Part shown: positions 22,401 to 36,062 of the stretch, one piece after another
How the letters are laid out: every line of letters starts with the position of its first letter
Position numbering within the stretch: the first letter of the stretch is position 1
Origin: Macrostomum lignano
Taxonomy: Eukaryota
Assembly (NCBI GenBank): GCA_002269645.1
Contig: NIVC01002806.1
Location: 1 to 64,000, forward strand
Direction of reading: 5' to 3'
DNA: 64,000 nucleotides
The notes under the pieces: model-generated
Seen by the model: the letters and a program-made list of their open reading frames with translations, nothing else
What the model was told of the DNA's origin: nothing
The model's database searches: none
Made by a program: the position numbers and the translations under genes

Positions 22401-25073
22401 ATCTCTATCCACAGACTCATCTCTATCCACATACCCATCTCTATCCACAGGCCCATCTCTATCCACAGACCCATCTCTATCCACAGACCCATCTCTATCC
22501 ACAGGCCCATCTCTATCCACAGGCCCATCTCTATCCACAGGCCCATCTCTATCCACAGGCCCATCTCTATCCACAGGCTCATCTCTATCCACAGGCCCAT
22601 CTCTATCCACACAGGCCCATCTCTATCCACAGACTCATCTCTATCCACAGACTCATCTCTATCCACATACCCATCTCTATCCACAGGCCCATCTCTATCC
22701 ACAGACCCATCTCTATCCACAGGCCCATCTCTATCCACAGACCCATCTCTATCCACAGGCCCATCTCTATCCACAGGCCCATCTCTATCCACAGGCCCAT
22801 CTCTATCCACAGGCCCATCTCTATCCACAGGCCCATCTCTATCCACAGGCTCATCTCTATCCACAGGCCCATCTCTATCCACAGGCCCATCTCTATCCAC
22901 AGACCCATCTCTATCCACAGGCCCATCTCTATCCACAGGCCCATCTCTATCCACAGGCCCATCTCTATCCACAGACCCATCTCTATCCACAGGCCCATCT
23001 CTATCCACAGACCCATCTCTATCCACAGGCCCATCTGTATCCACAGGCCCATCTCAAGTTTCCCAATCCCCACCTCCCGCAGACGCAGCGGACTCGCTGG
23101 GCTGTCCGCCGCGCCTCTTCCATCCGCTCTCGCCGTCTCGGACGCTGCATCTGGGCGCTGGCGACGCCGTCCGACTCGAATGTCTGGCCTCCGGACGGCC
23201 GCGCCCGGACATTCGCTGGACGGTATCGCCTCTGCTAGCGCAGCCGCGGCTTCATCAGCGCCGCTGGCACCTCATCGACGGTGGCAGCCGGCTGGAGCTC
23301 ACAGACGCCAAAATTTCGGACAGCGGCCGGTTTGCCTGCTCGGCCGAGAACTCGGCGGGTGGAGCGGCGCTGGCCTACCGCCTGATCGTCCACGCCAGGT
23401 CGCTGCGCCTCCGCCCGCTGGGCGCCACTGCGGAGACCCTGACGGTAGGGTTCGCCGGCCGCGATGCAGAAAGCGTCGCTCAGCACTACGTGGTGGCGTG
23501 GAGGCAGGTGGGTTGCAGTGTTTTACCAAGGACTACTCAAGAAGGACGGGACACCTTTTCCGATAAAATACACTACGGAGATAGGAAGTTTTCATTCTTT
23601 CAGAACAGAAATTTCCTATTGCTTTCGATAGGAGGCAGACCCAATGTTCATATTTTAATACGTTGTGCCTTTCTTATTTAAAAATGAAAACTTTCTAACT
23701 TCTATAGCGTATTTTTCGGAAAAGCCTGCCTCCTAAAATTATACAAGAAACGAGATTTCCCATCCTTCTACTTGGGTAGTCCCTGTGTTTTGTTTCAACA
23801 AATTTTCCATTTATTTCTACTTAGAGTAACGCGATTAGCAAATTCTCAGCAAAGGAATTGAATGAGGGAAGAAGCAAGGATGAAGGGGTAGGAAGGAAGG
23901 AGTGTCGCTTTAAAAATCGATCGCTGCCCAGGTCTCCTCGCACGGCGTCCCACACGCTGACGGCGGCTTCACGAAGTGGCGGCACATCCGGCACGGCTGG
24001 CACGCCCTGACGGTCTTCGGTCTCCAGCCGGGCCGGCACTACCAAGTCTGTCTGCTGCACGCGGCAGCTGTGACTGGATTGGATGATGAAGCTTCTTTGC
24101 TGCTACCAACCCCAGCCAAGTCGAAGCACGCCGCTGTGCAGGCCGCGTTGCCTGACGGTCGATGCGTCGCAATGCTCACCCGGCACCTGGAGGCTGGCGG
24201 CGACGCCAGTACCAGCCGAGCCAGCTTGCAGCGGTTGTACGGACATGGCATTTACAGGTGAGACTTCAGCTGATCTCATTTGCCTCTCTGTCTCATAGTT
24301 CTTCCCTCCCCCGCTTATTGACTGAGTTGTAAAATGTCTAACCATGATGCATGCCCTTTTCTCTTCGCTGATTGGCTGATCCCAAAAATACCTTTACTTT
24401 CGTCTCTGGCCCCTTTCTTTTCGCTGATTGGCTGATTAACATCATACAAATGTCTTCCCTTCAATTTCTGCCCCTTTCTTTTCGCTGATTGGCTAATTTA
24501 CGAGTACATCATAAAATGCCTTCCCTTCTATCTCTACCCCTTTCTTTTCGCTGATTGTCTGATCAATAAAAATTCCTTACCTTCCGTCCCTGTCCCTATT
24601 TCGCTGATTTGCATCATAAATATGTCTTCCCTTCTATCTCTGTCCCATTCTCTTTGCTGATTGGCTGATAAATAAAGTGCCTTCCGTTCCATGTCGCTGC
24701 CCCACTCTGATTAACTTCTGGCACACAAGCATTCAAACCGCCAGTTGCTCTCGCCCCTCTCAGACTGGCCCACCACAGCACAGTCTACGCCATGATGGGC
24801 CTGGCGTTCGGCCTGCTGTTCCTCTGCTGCCTGACGGCCCTCCTTTATCAGCGCAGCTGCAAGAAGCTCCGCCTGCACCGCGGCCAGTACCGCTATTCCA
24901 CGGTAGGCGTGCGGGACGCCGACGGCAGGAGCTCTGATGGCCGGGGCGGCGGCGGCGCGATGCAGCTGAAGGTGCTGTTCAGTGGGCCGTCTTTGCTGAC
25001 TGCAGCTGAGCGCGGCGGCTCACAGGTGAGCCTGCTGCGGCATGCGGATCCCGATCAGGGACTGCTAGACTAA
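19417..25073 (+). CDS. LRR-Ig-FN3 single-pass membrane protein (LIG family, LRRN/LRFN-like architecture), ~798 aa; exons 19417-20752, 23083-23507, 23932-24257, 24764-25073
   Basis: Signal peptide, LxxLxLxxN repeats, LRR-CT (GNPLWCVC), I-set Ig (LECLASGRP...W...DSGRFAC), FN3 (LQPGRHYQVCL), TM helix. All GT-AG junctions are phase-compatible (1,0,2). Confidence 0.9.
20781..21360. repeat. 24-bp intronic minisatellite (GATTTGATGTTGAATTCCCCTGTA)
   Basis: Directly visible in intron 1 of the LRR gene. Confidence 0.96.
22095..23053. repeat. 18-bp intronic minisatellite (ATCTCTATCCACAGGCCC) with recurring variant order
   Basis: Directly visible; ends ~30 bp before the exon 2 acceptor. Confidence 0.96.
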
Positions 25074-25637
25074 GACGGCGGCGCTCTCGGGTGATGCAAT
25101 GTTAAAAACTGTACAATGCATTTATTACATTGAAAGCAGAATTGGTCTTATCAGCAATGCCTCCATGTATGTAAAATATCAGTAATCACTAAATCAATAT
25201 TGGATGCCAGCATTCCTCATTAATGAACACTCATGAATGTAACTATGCTCAGATCTGCAAGCAAACGCACCACGCCTGTTCGGTTTGAGCACTGCGTGTT
25301 CAGCTTACATGCAGTGAGAATTTCACACATGTTCCTAGCAAAAATGTTCCCCCGCTTTGCCTCGGGCAAGAAATGTCAAAATAAACACGAAATCAATAAA
25401 TAGAAAACTCAACTTGACTTCGCTTTTCATTTCGCCTGCAAAAAACAAACCGTTCACCGAGATTGACCAACGAATTCCGGGTGTATTTGAATTCAACAAA
25501 TTAACCGCTAGAAAGGATGTGATAACGAAAGTTTGGAGTAAAATTACCTAATCTTATAATTAAAAAACTTGTTCTGTTAGTAACTATAATTTCAACAGGA
25601 TGTGCTCACGCTACATGCAGACAAGTGCTCAAGACAG

Positions 25638-28557
25638 TCAAAGATAGCGATTGAAAATGAGCTCGAATGTCTCCTGCTGACCAGACGGAACCTCGGGCTC
25701 GCCGTGCTTCAGAATGTGGGCCTGCAAGTTCAATTTGATCATTATTATAGAGTTCGCTGCGTACTTGGCCCCGAGTTCGCTGCGTACTTTACTTTGAGTA
25801 CGCTGCGTACTTTACCCCGAGTTTGCTGCGTACTTTACTTTGAGTACGCTGCGTACTTTACCCCGAGTTCGCTGCGTACTTTACTTTGAGTACGCTGCGT
25901 ACTTTACCCCGAGTTTGCTGCGTACTTTACCCCGAGTTCGCTGTGTACTTTACCCGAGTTCGCTGCGTACTTGTCGCTGATAACCCTAAGTTCACAGCGC
26001 ACTTGACCCTGATGAACCCGAGTTAGCTCCCGAATCTCAGCCCGCTCCACCTCATCTCTCCCATCCCCAGAGCGCACCTCCAGGCTCTCCAGCGTCGCAG
26101 TCCCATCGGCGATGCTCCGGCCGAGCTCGCTGTCCCGGTAGGAGGCGTACCGCGTCGCCACCAGGCCGTCCAGCACGCCGTCCTGCTGCATCTTGGCGGC
26201 GCAGCGCAGCCCCCTGGCGAAGGTGTCCATCGCGCCGATGTGCGCCGCGAACATGTCAGTCAGGCTGGTGCTCTCCCTGCGCACTTTGCAGTCAAAGTTG
26301 AGGCCGCCTGGCGCCAGGCCGCCCTGCGCCAGCACGTAGCGCATGACGGCAGTGCAGTCCCTGACAGACATGGGGAACTGGTCCGTGTCCCAGCCCAGCT
26401 CCGGGCTGCCCGTGTTGGCGTCCACGCTGCCGAGGCAGCCGAAGGCGCTGGCCATGGCGATGTCGTGCTCGTGGCAGTGCCCGGCCAGGGTGGTGTGGTT
26501 CGGCTCGATGTTCAGCTTGAACTCCTCCTGCAGGCCGTAGGTGCGCAGGAATCCGATCACCGTCATCGCGTCTGCGGTGCGGAGGGCCGAGATTAGAGAC
26601 GGGAATGAATTAGAGACGGCAATGAGATTAGAGACGGCAATGAGATTAGAGACGGCAATGAGATTAGAGACGGCAATGAGATTAGAGACGGCAATGAGAT
26701 TAGAGACGGGAAAAAAGATTAGAGACGGGAATGAGATTAGATGCGGGAATGAGATTAGAGACGGGAATGAATTAGAGACGGCAATGAGATTAGAGACGGC
26801 AATGAGATTAGAGACGGCAATGAGATTAGAGACGGCAATGAGATTAGAGACGGGAAAAAAGATTAGAGACGGGAATGAGATTAGATGCGGGAATGAGATT
26901 AGAGACGGGAATGAGATTAGAGACGAGAGGAAGATTAGAGACGGGAATGAGATTAGAGATGGGAATGAGATTAGATGCGGGAATGAGATTAAAGACGAGA
27001 ATGAGATTAGAGACGGGAATGAGATTAAAGACGGCAATGAGATTAGAGACGGGAATGAGATTAGAGACGGGAATGAGATTAGAGACGGGAATTAGATTAG
27101 AGACGAGAATGAGATTAGATGCGGGAATGAGATTAGAGACGGGAATGATATTAGAGACGGGAATGAGATTAGAGACGGCAATGAGATTAGAGACGGGAAT
27201 GATATTAGAGACGGGAATGAGATTAGAGACGGGAATTAGATTAGAGACGAGAATGAGATTAGATGCGGGAATGAGATTAAAGACGAGAATGAGATTAGAG
27301 ACGGGAATGAGATTAAAGACGGCAATGAGATTAGAGACGGGAATGAGATTAGAGACGGGAATGAGATTAGAGACGGGAATTAGATTAGAGACGAGAATGA
27401 GATTAGATGCGGGAATGAGATTAGAGACGGGAATGATATTAGAGACGGGAATGAGATTAGAGACGGCAATGAGATTAGAGACGGGAATGATATTAGAGAC
27501 GGGAATGAGATTAGAGACGGGAATTAGATTAGAGACGAGAATGAGATTAGATGCGGGAATGAGATTAGAGACGGGAATGAGATTAGATGCGGGAATGAAA
27601 TTAGAGACGGCAATGAGATTAGAGATGGGAATGAGATTAGATAGGAATGAGATTAGAGACGGGATAAGAGTGAAGAAGATTGCTGTTAATGATATTCAAG
27701 ATTATATATAAAAAGTATAGTAGCAATGAAAGAGATTAGGTAAGAGTGGATAAGACGGCAGTGGTTAAGATTAGATACGATTGGGTGAGACACCAATGAT
27801 TGAGATTAGACACGAGTAAGTTACAGAGCAATGGGTGAGATTACAGACAATGTGAGACAGCAATGGGTGAGATTAGAGACAATGTGAGACAGCAATGGGT
27901 GAGATTAGAGACAATGTGAGACAGCAATGGGTGAGACTAGAGACAAGCGGCTCACCATAGTCGTACTGGTGCGAAGTCGGCTCCTTGGGCTTGGGTTCGA
28001 TCAGCAGCTGACCGGTGAAGCCAATCTTCTTTTTATAGGCTGCAAATTAGTTGAGGAGGTCATTGCTGGCAAGAGGTTCTTTGAATTCGATGCAAAGCCC
28101 TGCTTGAGCGCTCACCGACCACCATGCGGAAAAAGTTGGCCATGTGGTCCAGCTCCTCCCTCAGGCGGGTGTTCAGCAGGCTGGCGTAGCCCTCCCGACC
28201 GCCCCAGAACACGTAGTTCAGGGCGCCCAGCTTCTTGGCGACCTCTAGGCCCTTCTTCACCTGGGGCGGGGAGTTAAACATGGGGGACTTGGAATGATCT
28301 GACACTAAGACAGATAGACAGACAGACAGGCAGATAGACAGACAGACAGACAGACAAACAGGCAGACAAACAGACAGACAGACAGACACTAAGAAAGACA
28401 GACAGACAGACACTAAGATAGACAGACAGACAGACAGACGGACACTAAGACAGACACACACTCACACACACACACACACACACAGACACACACACACAGA
28501 CAGACAGACAGACAGACAGACAGAAAGACAGACAGACAGACAGACAGACAGCCAGGC

Positions 28558-28598
<41 letters not shown>

Positions 28599-28627
28599 GC
28601 CAGGCAGACAGACAGACAGACAGACAT

Positions 28628-28658
<31 letters not shown>

Positions 28659-28785
28659 CTAAGATAGACAGACAGACAGACAGACGGACACTAAGACAGA
28701 CACACACTCACACACACACACACACACAGACAGACAGACAGACAGACAGCCAGGCAGACAGACAGACAGACAGACAGACAGACAC

Positions 28786-28816
<31 letters not shown>

Positions 28817-28939
28817 GGCAGAGTTGGCAGACAGACATACAGACAGACAGACAGACACTAAGATAGAAGACAGACAGACAGACAGACACTAAGACAGACA
28901 CACACTCACACACACACACACACACACACAGACACACAC

Positions 28940-28978
<39 letters not shown>

Positions 28979-28985
28979 GCCAGGC

Positions 28986-29034
<49 letters not shown>

Positions 29035-29084
29035 CTAAGATAGACAGACAGACAGACAGACGGACACTAAGACAGACACACACT

Positions 29085-29117
<33 letters not shown>

Positions 29118-29121
29118 ACAC

Positions 29122-29184
<63 letters not shown>

Positions 29185-29185
29185 C

Positions 29186-29220
<35 letters not shown>

Positions 29221-29398
29221 GCAGACAGACATACAGACAGACAGACAGACAGACAGACAGGCAGGCAGACAGACAGGCAGGCAGACATACAGACAGACAG
29301 GCAGACAGACAGACAGACAGACAGACAGACAGCAGACAGACATACAGACAGACAGACAGACAGACAGACAGCAGACAGACATACAGACAGACAGACAT

Positions 29399-29445
<47 letters not shown>

Positions 29446-30826
29446 GGCAGACAGACAGACAGACAGACAGACAGGCAGGCAGGCAGGCAGACAGACAGCA
29501 GACAGACAGACCTGAGCACCGGCATAGGCGAACACCTCAGCCAGGGGGCTGGTGGCGGCGCCGTGCATGTAGCGCGGGTTGGAGAACAGGTTGCAGGTGG
29601 CCCAGAGCAGCTGGACGCCGGTGCGCTGCTGCAGCTCCAGCGCGTGCTCCACCACGGCCTCCAAGTTGGCGTTGGTCTCGGCGAGACTGGCGCCCTCCGG
29701 TGCGATGTCGCGGTCGTGAAACGTGTAGAACTGGACGCCCAGCTTGGTGAAGAACTCGAAGGCCGCATCGAGTCGCCGTTTGGCGTCGTCCACGGTCTCG
29801 GCGGGCCGGTTCCAGGCGCGGCTGAGGGTGGGCGCCCCGAACGGGTCGAGGCCGGTGCCGCGGAACGTGTGCCAGAACACCACGGAGAAGCGCAGCCACT
29901 CGGACATGGGCTTACCGAGGATCACCTGGCCGGATGAAGGCCGGAATGAGTTTGACTTTCGCAAACAGAAAAGCCAGCATCTTGATTGTTGAATATCTGG
30001 ACGGTCTTGAATGCTGGCGCTGGACAAATTTATGGAACTCTTTGAGTCTGAGCTGCTCTGAGGCCGTTTAAAGTGCACTGGATCTCCAACGATGTTTAGT
30101 CTGGCTTGAATGCAAATCAATGCTGGTGGCGCACAGAGCAGACCCTCTTGGCCTGTCAGTATTGAGCAGAAGAGATGCAGACAGTTGTTCAAAATTGTAG
30201 TTGGTGCTCAAATCGAATTGGATGGCAGTCAATCAGCGATTAAAACTGTTTGAAACCTCCCACTGTTGGTCTTGCTAGCCACTTCCACTTGCTTACAACT
30301 TGAACAATTTTGATTATGTAAAGTTTTGTGCTTGTGAAGTATTCAGCTTGTGACGTTTCGAGTGCCCAAAGCTATGAACTTTTTAAATAGATGATCAACT
30401 GTCATCCAATTTGATTCAAGCTTCAACAAAAAAATTGAACAATTGTTTGCATCACTTCTGATCAATGTCAGCCCACTGAGGCCTATTCTATACACTACTA
30501 ACATTGACCAAAGATAATCAGACATTGATTGCATTTGAGCTGGACCAAATCCTAGACTAAGTGAATAAGTTAAGCCGAATTTAATGATAATATTCAAATA
30601 ACTTGCCTCAGATGGATTATAGTACTTAAAACAAAGTGTTTCAGTTGGTGGCGCATCAGGGCAATATTGAATTTTTCCAATGCCTACAAAGTCATTTAAA
30701 CGATTAATTGACAGTTAGCAAAATTAAAACATTCTATTAAAACAACTATAATATTTTGCAGTTATATTAAAAAGCAAATTAATAGAAGTAGCATATACCA
30801 GGAAAATATTCAACCATCTCTGCCAT
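25638..30826 (-). CDS. xylA: Class II xylose isomerase, complete, ~441 aa; exons 30826-30799, 30683-30607, 29925-29512, 28260-28116, 28039-27956, 26571-26078, 25721-25638
   Basis: [16 protein letters not shown]...[69 protein letters not shown]. Exons sum to 1326 nt, all phases are consistent, and intron 2 uses a GC donor (GAG|GCAAGT). Confidence 0.95.
25755..25970. repeat. 23-bp intronic minisatellite (CGAGTTCGCTGCGTACTTTACCC)
   Basis: Directly visible in the last xylA intron. Confidence 0.93.
26589..27665. repeat. 18-bp intronic minisatellite (GAGATTAGAGACGGGAAT)
   Basis: Directly visible, with a ~270-bp higher-order block repeat; followed by three 32-bp units at 27831-27945. Confidence 0.96.
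28300..29510. repeat. Compound (GACA)n/(CA)n microsatellite filling a xylA intron
   Basis: Directly visible; runs right up to the GT donor at 29511. Confidence 0.97.
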
Positions 30827-32180
30827 GATTCAAGAAAGCTGAAAGGTGGATAAAATATAGATAGTCAAGCTAAAATTATTACTTTTTATACCCCAATAAA
30901 ATATTTATATATTATATATTATATATTAATTATTATTATATATTACTATACTAGGTACTATTTTCTAACATACTAGATTCTAGTAAATTTTAATTTAACT
31001 ATTAAAAAGGGTTTTTATTTCATTCATCTGATGACCAGTTTGTCTGCCAAGTAGTTGAAAAGCTTTTTTCTTCAAAAACTGATCATCTATTAGGGAAATA
31101 GGAATGAAGAAAGGAGTTCGGTGGGATGTGGGTGGGGAACTAGTTTTACAGTATCTTTTTATTATTGTTAAAATGCTATGGGTTCTATCATTTTAACAAA
31201 CAATTTCAGGATATACATGTAACATCTATACAGAAAGATTAGTTTCTTTTTCCATCTTTTTCTAATCAATAAGCTTGATTAGAAACCTGTGGAACAAAAA
31301 CCATTCAATAAAATTGATAAAATTATCAATGATTGTTTTTTCTTATTCAATAATTCTTAAATGCAAGACATCTGTCATTTCAAATCTAAGGTTGTTGCAT
31401 ACTATGTTTCCCTCTTTTTAAAACCCTTCTCTTTAATGGCATGTCTATAAGCTAGAATAGATTATCATATTTGAAGAGACTAACCTCTGCAGCATTTTAA
31501 CTATATCAACAAAGAGATCATTAGGCAGCTCCCATCTCACTTTACATTTCCACCCTTATTTCCTAGCAGATGAATTGTCAGTAGACAAAATGACTTTCCC
31601 TTTAAAAATTACCTTCCAAGACTATATAAAAATCATATTATAATAAAATAATAAAATTAAAAATTAAAAAAATTATAAAATTAAAAAACTTACAAAATTA
31701 ATTTGTTTAAACAGTAATCACAATGAAAAATAATAAAGATAACATACTTGTATTCCCTATACTTAAATGAAAGCAAAGTCAAAGATGAAAAAGATTTATA
31801 TGCTTAATAGACTTTACAAAATCTATAGGCCCTTATCATTTTAGCATAGAAAGCTATATAAATTTTTTTAGCAATAAGATTACAAAAATGAATTATGAAT
31901 AAAAATGCAATAAACAAAAATAGATTTAGAGCAATTGGACATTTGGTGGCAAGTGGAAAAATGGCAAGTGGCAAGGGGATAGGCCTAAGACCATAGTCAT
32001 AGTCATAGAAGAGGTAAAAGAAGACAGAATATTTTACTAATAATTTTTCTGGGTCTACTGCAAAATATACCATCATAAAAAGCATCATGTTCATGTCAAG
32101 CAAAAAAGAAGCATCATTCAAACATCAAAGAAGCATCATGAAAAAGGCTTAAGGGTATTGCTGAGAATGAGATGTGAAGG

Positions 32181-32573
32181 TGTAGCGGCTGTGAAATGAA
32201 AAAGGTAGAGCTAGGCGGTGGTTCGCCCTTGTTTGCTTCTTTGTTTGGCACTTGAGTTTCTCGAATATCCAAAGAGGCTTGGAGCAGATGCTGGTTTAGC
32301 TACTGTATATTTATACTATAATTTGTCCTTCCGGAAATTTCTAGAATCATTTTAGTGCGGTAAAACAAACTGTATAGTAAGTATCGTACGTACGGTATTC
32401 ATATTTTGTATGATGATGAATTACAGTAAATAAATAATTATTGAGTAGAAATATTTACTATGAGATTACAAATAGCTAGATAAAGAATTTTCTAGAATTT
32501 AACTCGTACTGTTTTGCAGAAATTTCTGGAAGTAAACATCATACGGTATAGAACTTTCGCGAAGGTCACTACA
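32181..32573 (-). repeat. 3' LTR (393 bp)
   Basis: Identical by eye to 36982-37374. Confidence 0.97.
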
Positions 32574-32715
32574 ACAGTCCCCCCGCGGAAGATGGAGTCC
32601 CTATGAGTCAGTTGATCGCGGATGAGTATGTACAAGATGAAACGCACTGCATGTAGGTCTGCGGATGAAAATTGTACAATGAGAAAGCGTCAGCTGTTAG
32701 TGGGTAAAGAGTTAG

Positions 32716-35700
32716 TCAAAAGTAGAAATAGTCATTTTTAGGTTTAAATTGCACTCTACGGCCGCTCCTGGTACGTACTGGTGATGGTGGTGGTTGCTGC
32801 TGATGGACCGCGGTTCGCGTCCTGGTTCGCTCCGGCTCTGTCTGCTGCGAACCTGCCTCCGTCGGTGCTGTCGTGCTAAGGTCGCTAATGTCGTCTTCCC
32901 TGGTGCCCGACTGAGATGTTGATTCCTGTGGCACCGTCGACTCGCTGTTGGGAGGGTCGGCTGTCGGAGATGCTCTTCGTCTGTCAGGTGCAGACTGCGG
33001 TGTTGATCGACAAGGCTTCAGGCGGTCGATGGAGACCGACTCCTGACGTCCTGCGGCTGTTTCGATGATGAAAAACTTCGGCAGTCGCTTCACTACCGGG
33101 TAGGGACCTTGGTACGGTGCTTCCAAAGGCTTCCTTGTTCGGTCGACTCGGACCCAAACCTTCTCGGCTGTCTCGAGGTCGCTCGGGATGTGCGTAGGCC
33201 GATCTGGTGGAGGTCTCGTGTCGTCAAGCAGGTTATCCAGGCGCAGTCGAATCATCTCGGGTGTTGGATCCTCGGCTGTCGTCAGGACGCGCGGCATCAT
33301 CGGGTGTTCTCCGGTCAGACGAGTGAATGGGCTTATGCCGTCGTCGTTTGGTGAGATGCGCATCGCAAGTAGCGCTAGAGGAAGATTCTCCAGCCAGGAG
33401 TTCCCGCGAGCCTTCAGAATGGCTTTCAGGGTGCGGTGGGCCCGCTCCACTTTCCCGTTCGTCTGCGGGTGATATGCTGTTGTGCGCAGTCGGTGAAATC
33501 CGATGTCCTTAGCGACTCGGTTGAAAAACTCGGCTTCGAACTGCGGTCCTCGGTCGGTGACGATGTACAGCGGAACTCCAAAACGCGAAATCCAGGTAGA
33601 TATGAATGCTGAGGCTACACTCTCTGCGGTGACGGATTCCAGCGGCGTGGCCTCGATCCAGCTGGTGCTACGGTCGACCATCGTGAGTAGGTAACGAGGA
33701 GTGAGACCGCAGGAGATGTCGTACTTCCGGTCGGGTACAGGCAGCGGACCGACGATGTCGATGTGCACAACTTCGAGTCGTTTCGATGGTAGGTCGAACG
33801 CAGAACTGCCGGCCGTCGTGTGGCGCCCAATCTTAGTTCGTTGGCAGGTTGCGCATGCTCGACAGAACTGTTTGATGGCATCTCGCATGTTCGGCCAGAA
33901 GTATCGGGTTGTCAGCAGGCTGGCGGTCTTGCGGACGCCGTAGTGGCCAAGCTGGTGGAACTGCCGAATGAGCGGCTGTTGTAGCGAATCTGGGACGACT
34001 GGACGAGGATAGTGACTGGAGGTATCGCACAACAGTGCCTGCTTTCCGTCGAACTCATAGAATCGGCAGTTGTTGCTTGGTTGCATCCCGATTCGTTTCT
34101 GCTCTGCGGCGATGGCTGGCAAGTCGACGGGTTCCTCTAGGGATGTCTCCTCTGCGGCTGCAACCGTTTGCGTCGGCGAACCTCCGGACTCGGATAACCT
34201 TGATAGGGCGTCAGCGACTATATTGTCAGAGCCGCGGATGTAGACCACATCGGTGACGTATTCGGATATGATGCTCAGATAACGCTGGTTCCTGTCGGAG
34301 GTACCCTGGCTGCCGCTGTGGAAGGCCTGAACAAGGGGCTTGTGATCCGTAAAGATCGTGACCTGACGGCCCTCGATAAGGCTCCGGAAGTGAAGAACTG
34401 CCAGGTAGACTGCTAGGAGTTCTCGATCGAAAGCAGAGTAGGCTCGCTGCGTCGGCGAAAGGGTCTTGCTGAACAGCCCGAGCGGGACTGGCGACTGACC
34501 GTCGGCTTGGTGTAGAGCGGCTCCCACGCAGGTTGCCGAGGCATCGGTGACCAGGCTGTAGGACGAACACTGCGGGTCGGGATGGTGAAGCAAGATACGA
34601 TCGGCTAGCTTACCCTTCAGCTGATTGAACGCGTCCTCGTGCTGCGATGTCCACTCGTACGTGCGCGGCGCCTTGAGTGACTTGGTGACCAGGTCTTGCA
34701 GCGGTGCAGCGGTGTGGCTGAAATGCGGGATGAAGCGGCGGTAGAAACCGATTGTGCCGAGGAACCTGCGCAGGGCCTGTGCGTTGCGAGGTGCCGGCCA
34801 CTCGCGGATGGCGTCAACCTTGGATTCGAGCGGCCGGATCCCGTCTGCTGTTACCTGGTGTCCAAGAAACGTGATTTCCTTCTGCATGAAAGCACACTTG
34901 GTGAGCTGGACCTTCGAACCGTGTTGTTCAAGGCGTCGGAGTACGCTTTCGAGCACTCGGAGGTGGTCTTCCTCGTCCTTGGAGTAGACTAGCAAGTCGT
35001 CCACGTAGGCGAGCACGCCGTCGATGCCACGGAGCACAGTGTCAATGAATCGCTGAAACGTTTGACCTGCATTACGAAGACCAAATGGCATGCGGATCCA
35101 CTCGTAAAGACCGAACGGTGTGATGATTGCTGTCTTCGGTATGTCCTCTTCGGCGATTGGAATTTGATGATAGGCTCGCACCAGATCCAGCTTGGAGAAA
35201 ACCTTGGCACCGTGGAGATACCGTGTGAAACACTGGATATGAGGCACGGGATAATGATCCGGCTGGGTGATCTTGTTTAGCTGTCGATAGTCTCCGCAGG
35301 GTCGCCACTTACCATTGGGTTTGCCATCGTCCTTCTTAGGAGCCATGTGCAGCGGTGATGCCCAAGAGCTCGACGACGGCCGGAGGTACCCGGCTTCCAA
35401 GAGTTGCCGAAACTCTTCTCGGGCGATGGCGAGCTTCTCCGGATGCAGCTGTCGGGCTTTGGCGTGCGTCGGTGGTCTATCGCTCGTGATGATGTGGTGC
35501 TTCGTGTCATGTTTAACTTCGGTGGCCGGAGGTAGCCTCCCTCCTTCGACGTACGTGAAGGTGCTGCGGTAACGATCGATGAGTGCGCGTACACGAGGAT
35601 CGCAGTGGTCTGGATACGCCAGCGACACGGCGAGTTCATCGAGGTCCACTGCGGTAACCGGCAGAGATGGCGTATGTAGTCTCGTTGTAGGGTCAACTAG

Positions 35701-36039
35701 TCGACGCCCCTTGCAGTCGACGATCAATTCGAAATAACTGAGGAAGTCGTACCCCAAGATAGGTTGCACGACGGATGCGACCAGGAACGTCCAGCGGAAT
35801 TCACGACGGAGTCCTCGGATGTTGACGTCGAGCGAGATCTCTCCAGCGACCGGTATCGATGCACCGGTGGCGGTGGTCAGGCGAAATCCGGTCTCCTGAA
35901 GGTCCCGGTGGAATTGCTTCTGCGGAATTATCGACACTGCTGCGCCGGTATCGACCAGGAACGGGTAGTACTTGCTGTCTATCTTGATATCCACCACCAG
36001 GAATTTCTTGCTCGCCGCCGGGGATGATGCACTGCTCAC
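32716..36039 (-). CDS. pol: Pol polyprotein (protease, RT, RNase H, integrase with GPY/F), probably expressed by -1 frameshift from gag
   Basis: [23 protein letters not shown]...CATC, HIDIVG/TDRGPQF/VERAHR, PYQGPY. The 1107-codon open frame lies -1 relative to gag and stays open upstream of the gag stop. Confidence 0.96.
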   Translation of the reverse strand: MSSASSPAASKKFLVVDIKIDSKYYPFLVDTGAAVSIIPQKQFHRDLQETGFRLTTATGASIPVAGEISLDVNIRGLRREFRWTFLVASVVQPILGYDFLSYFELIVDCKGRRLVDPTTRLHTPSLPVTAVDLDELAVSLAYPDHCDPRVRALIDRYRSTFTYVEGGRLPPATEVKHDTKHHIITSDRPPTHAKARQLHPEKLAIAREEFRQLLEAGYLRPSSSSWASPLHMAPKKDDGKPNGKWRPCGDYRQLNKITQPDHYPVPHIQCFTRYLHGAKVFSKLDLVRAYHQIPIAEEDIPKTAIITPFGLYEWIRMPFGLRNAGQTFQRFIDTVLRGIDGVLAYVDDLLVYSKDEEDHLRVLESVLRRLEQHGSKVQLTKCAFMQKEITFLGHQVTADGIRPLESKVDAIREWPAPRNAQALRRFLGTIGFYRRFIPHFSHTAAPLQDLVTKSLKAPRTYEWTSQHEDAFNQLKGKLADRILLHHPDPQCSSYSLVTDASATCVGAALHQADGQSPVPLGLFSKTLSPTQRAYSAFDRELLAVYLAVLHFRSLIEGRQVTIFTDHKPLVQAFHSGSQGTSDRNQRYLSIISEYVTDVVYIRGSDNIVADALSRLSESGGSPTQTVAAAEETSLEEPVDLPAIAAEQKRIGMQPSNNCRFYEFDGKQALLCDTSSHYPRPVVPDSLQQPLIRQFHQLGHYGVRKTASLLTTRYFWPNMRDAIKQFCRACATCQRTKIGRHTTAGSSAFDLPSKRLEVVHIDIVGPLPVPDRKYDISCGLTPRYLLTMVDRSTSWIEATPLESVTAESVASAFISTWISRFGVPLYIVTDRGPQFEAEFFNRVAKDIGFHRLRTTAYHPQTNGKVERAHRTLKAILKARGNSWLENLPLALLAMRISPNDDGISPFTRLTGEHPMMPRVLTTAEDPTPEMIRLRLDNLLDDTRPPPDRPTHIPSDLETAEKVWVRVDRTRKPLEAPYQGPYPVVKRLPKFFIIETAAGRQESVSIDRLKPCRSTPQSAPDRRRASPTADPPNSESTVPQESTSQSGTREDDISDLSTTAPTEAGSQQTEPERTRTRTAVHQQQPPPSPVRTRSGRRVQFKPKNDYFYF

Positions 36040-36062
36040 TGCGGCAGGTTGGGCAGTGCCCT

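Noticed and set aside
20208-23681. Long repetitive ORFs (e.g. 20476..21570, 22004..23566, 22015..23238)
   Set aside because: They are stop-free readings of 24- and 18-bp intronic minisatellites; the LRR gene splices cleanly around them.
24340-24670. Six TTCGCTGATTGG (reverse CCAAT) motifs at ~60-bp spacing
   Set aside because: Best explained as a decayed intronic tandem repeat; no evidence of regulatory function.
25904-29768. Repetitive ORFs (RLETGM, VCLS) and apparent xylA fusions to them
   Set aside because: Intronic mini- and microsatellites; canonical splice sites delimit the real xylA exons.
25638-30826. xylA as bacterial contamination or a prokaryotic operon
   Set aside because: Six phase-consistent spliceosomal introns and host-type repeats show it is a nuclear gene.
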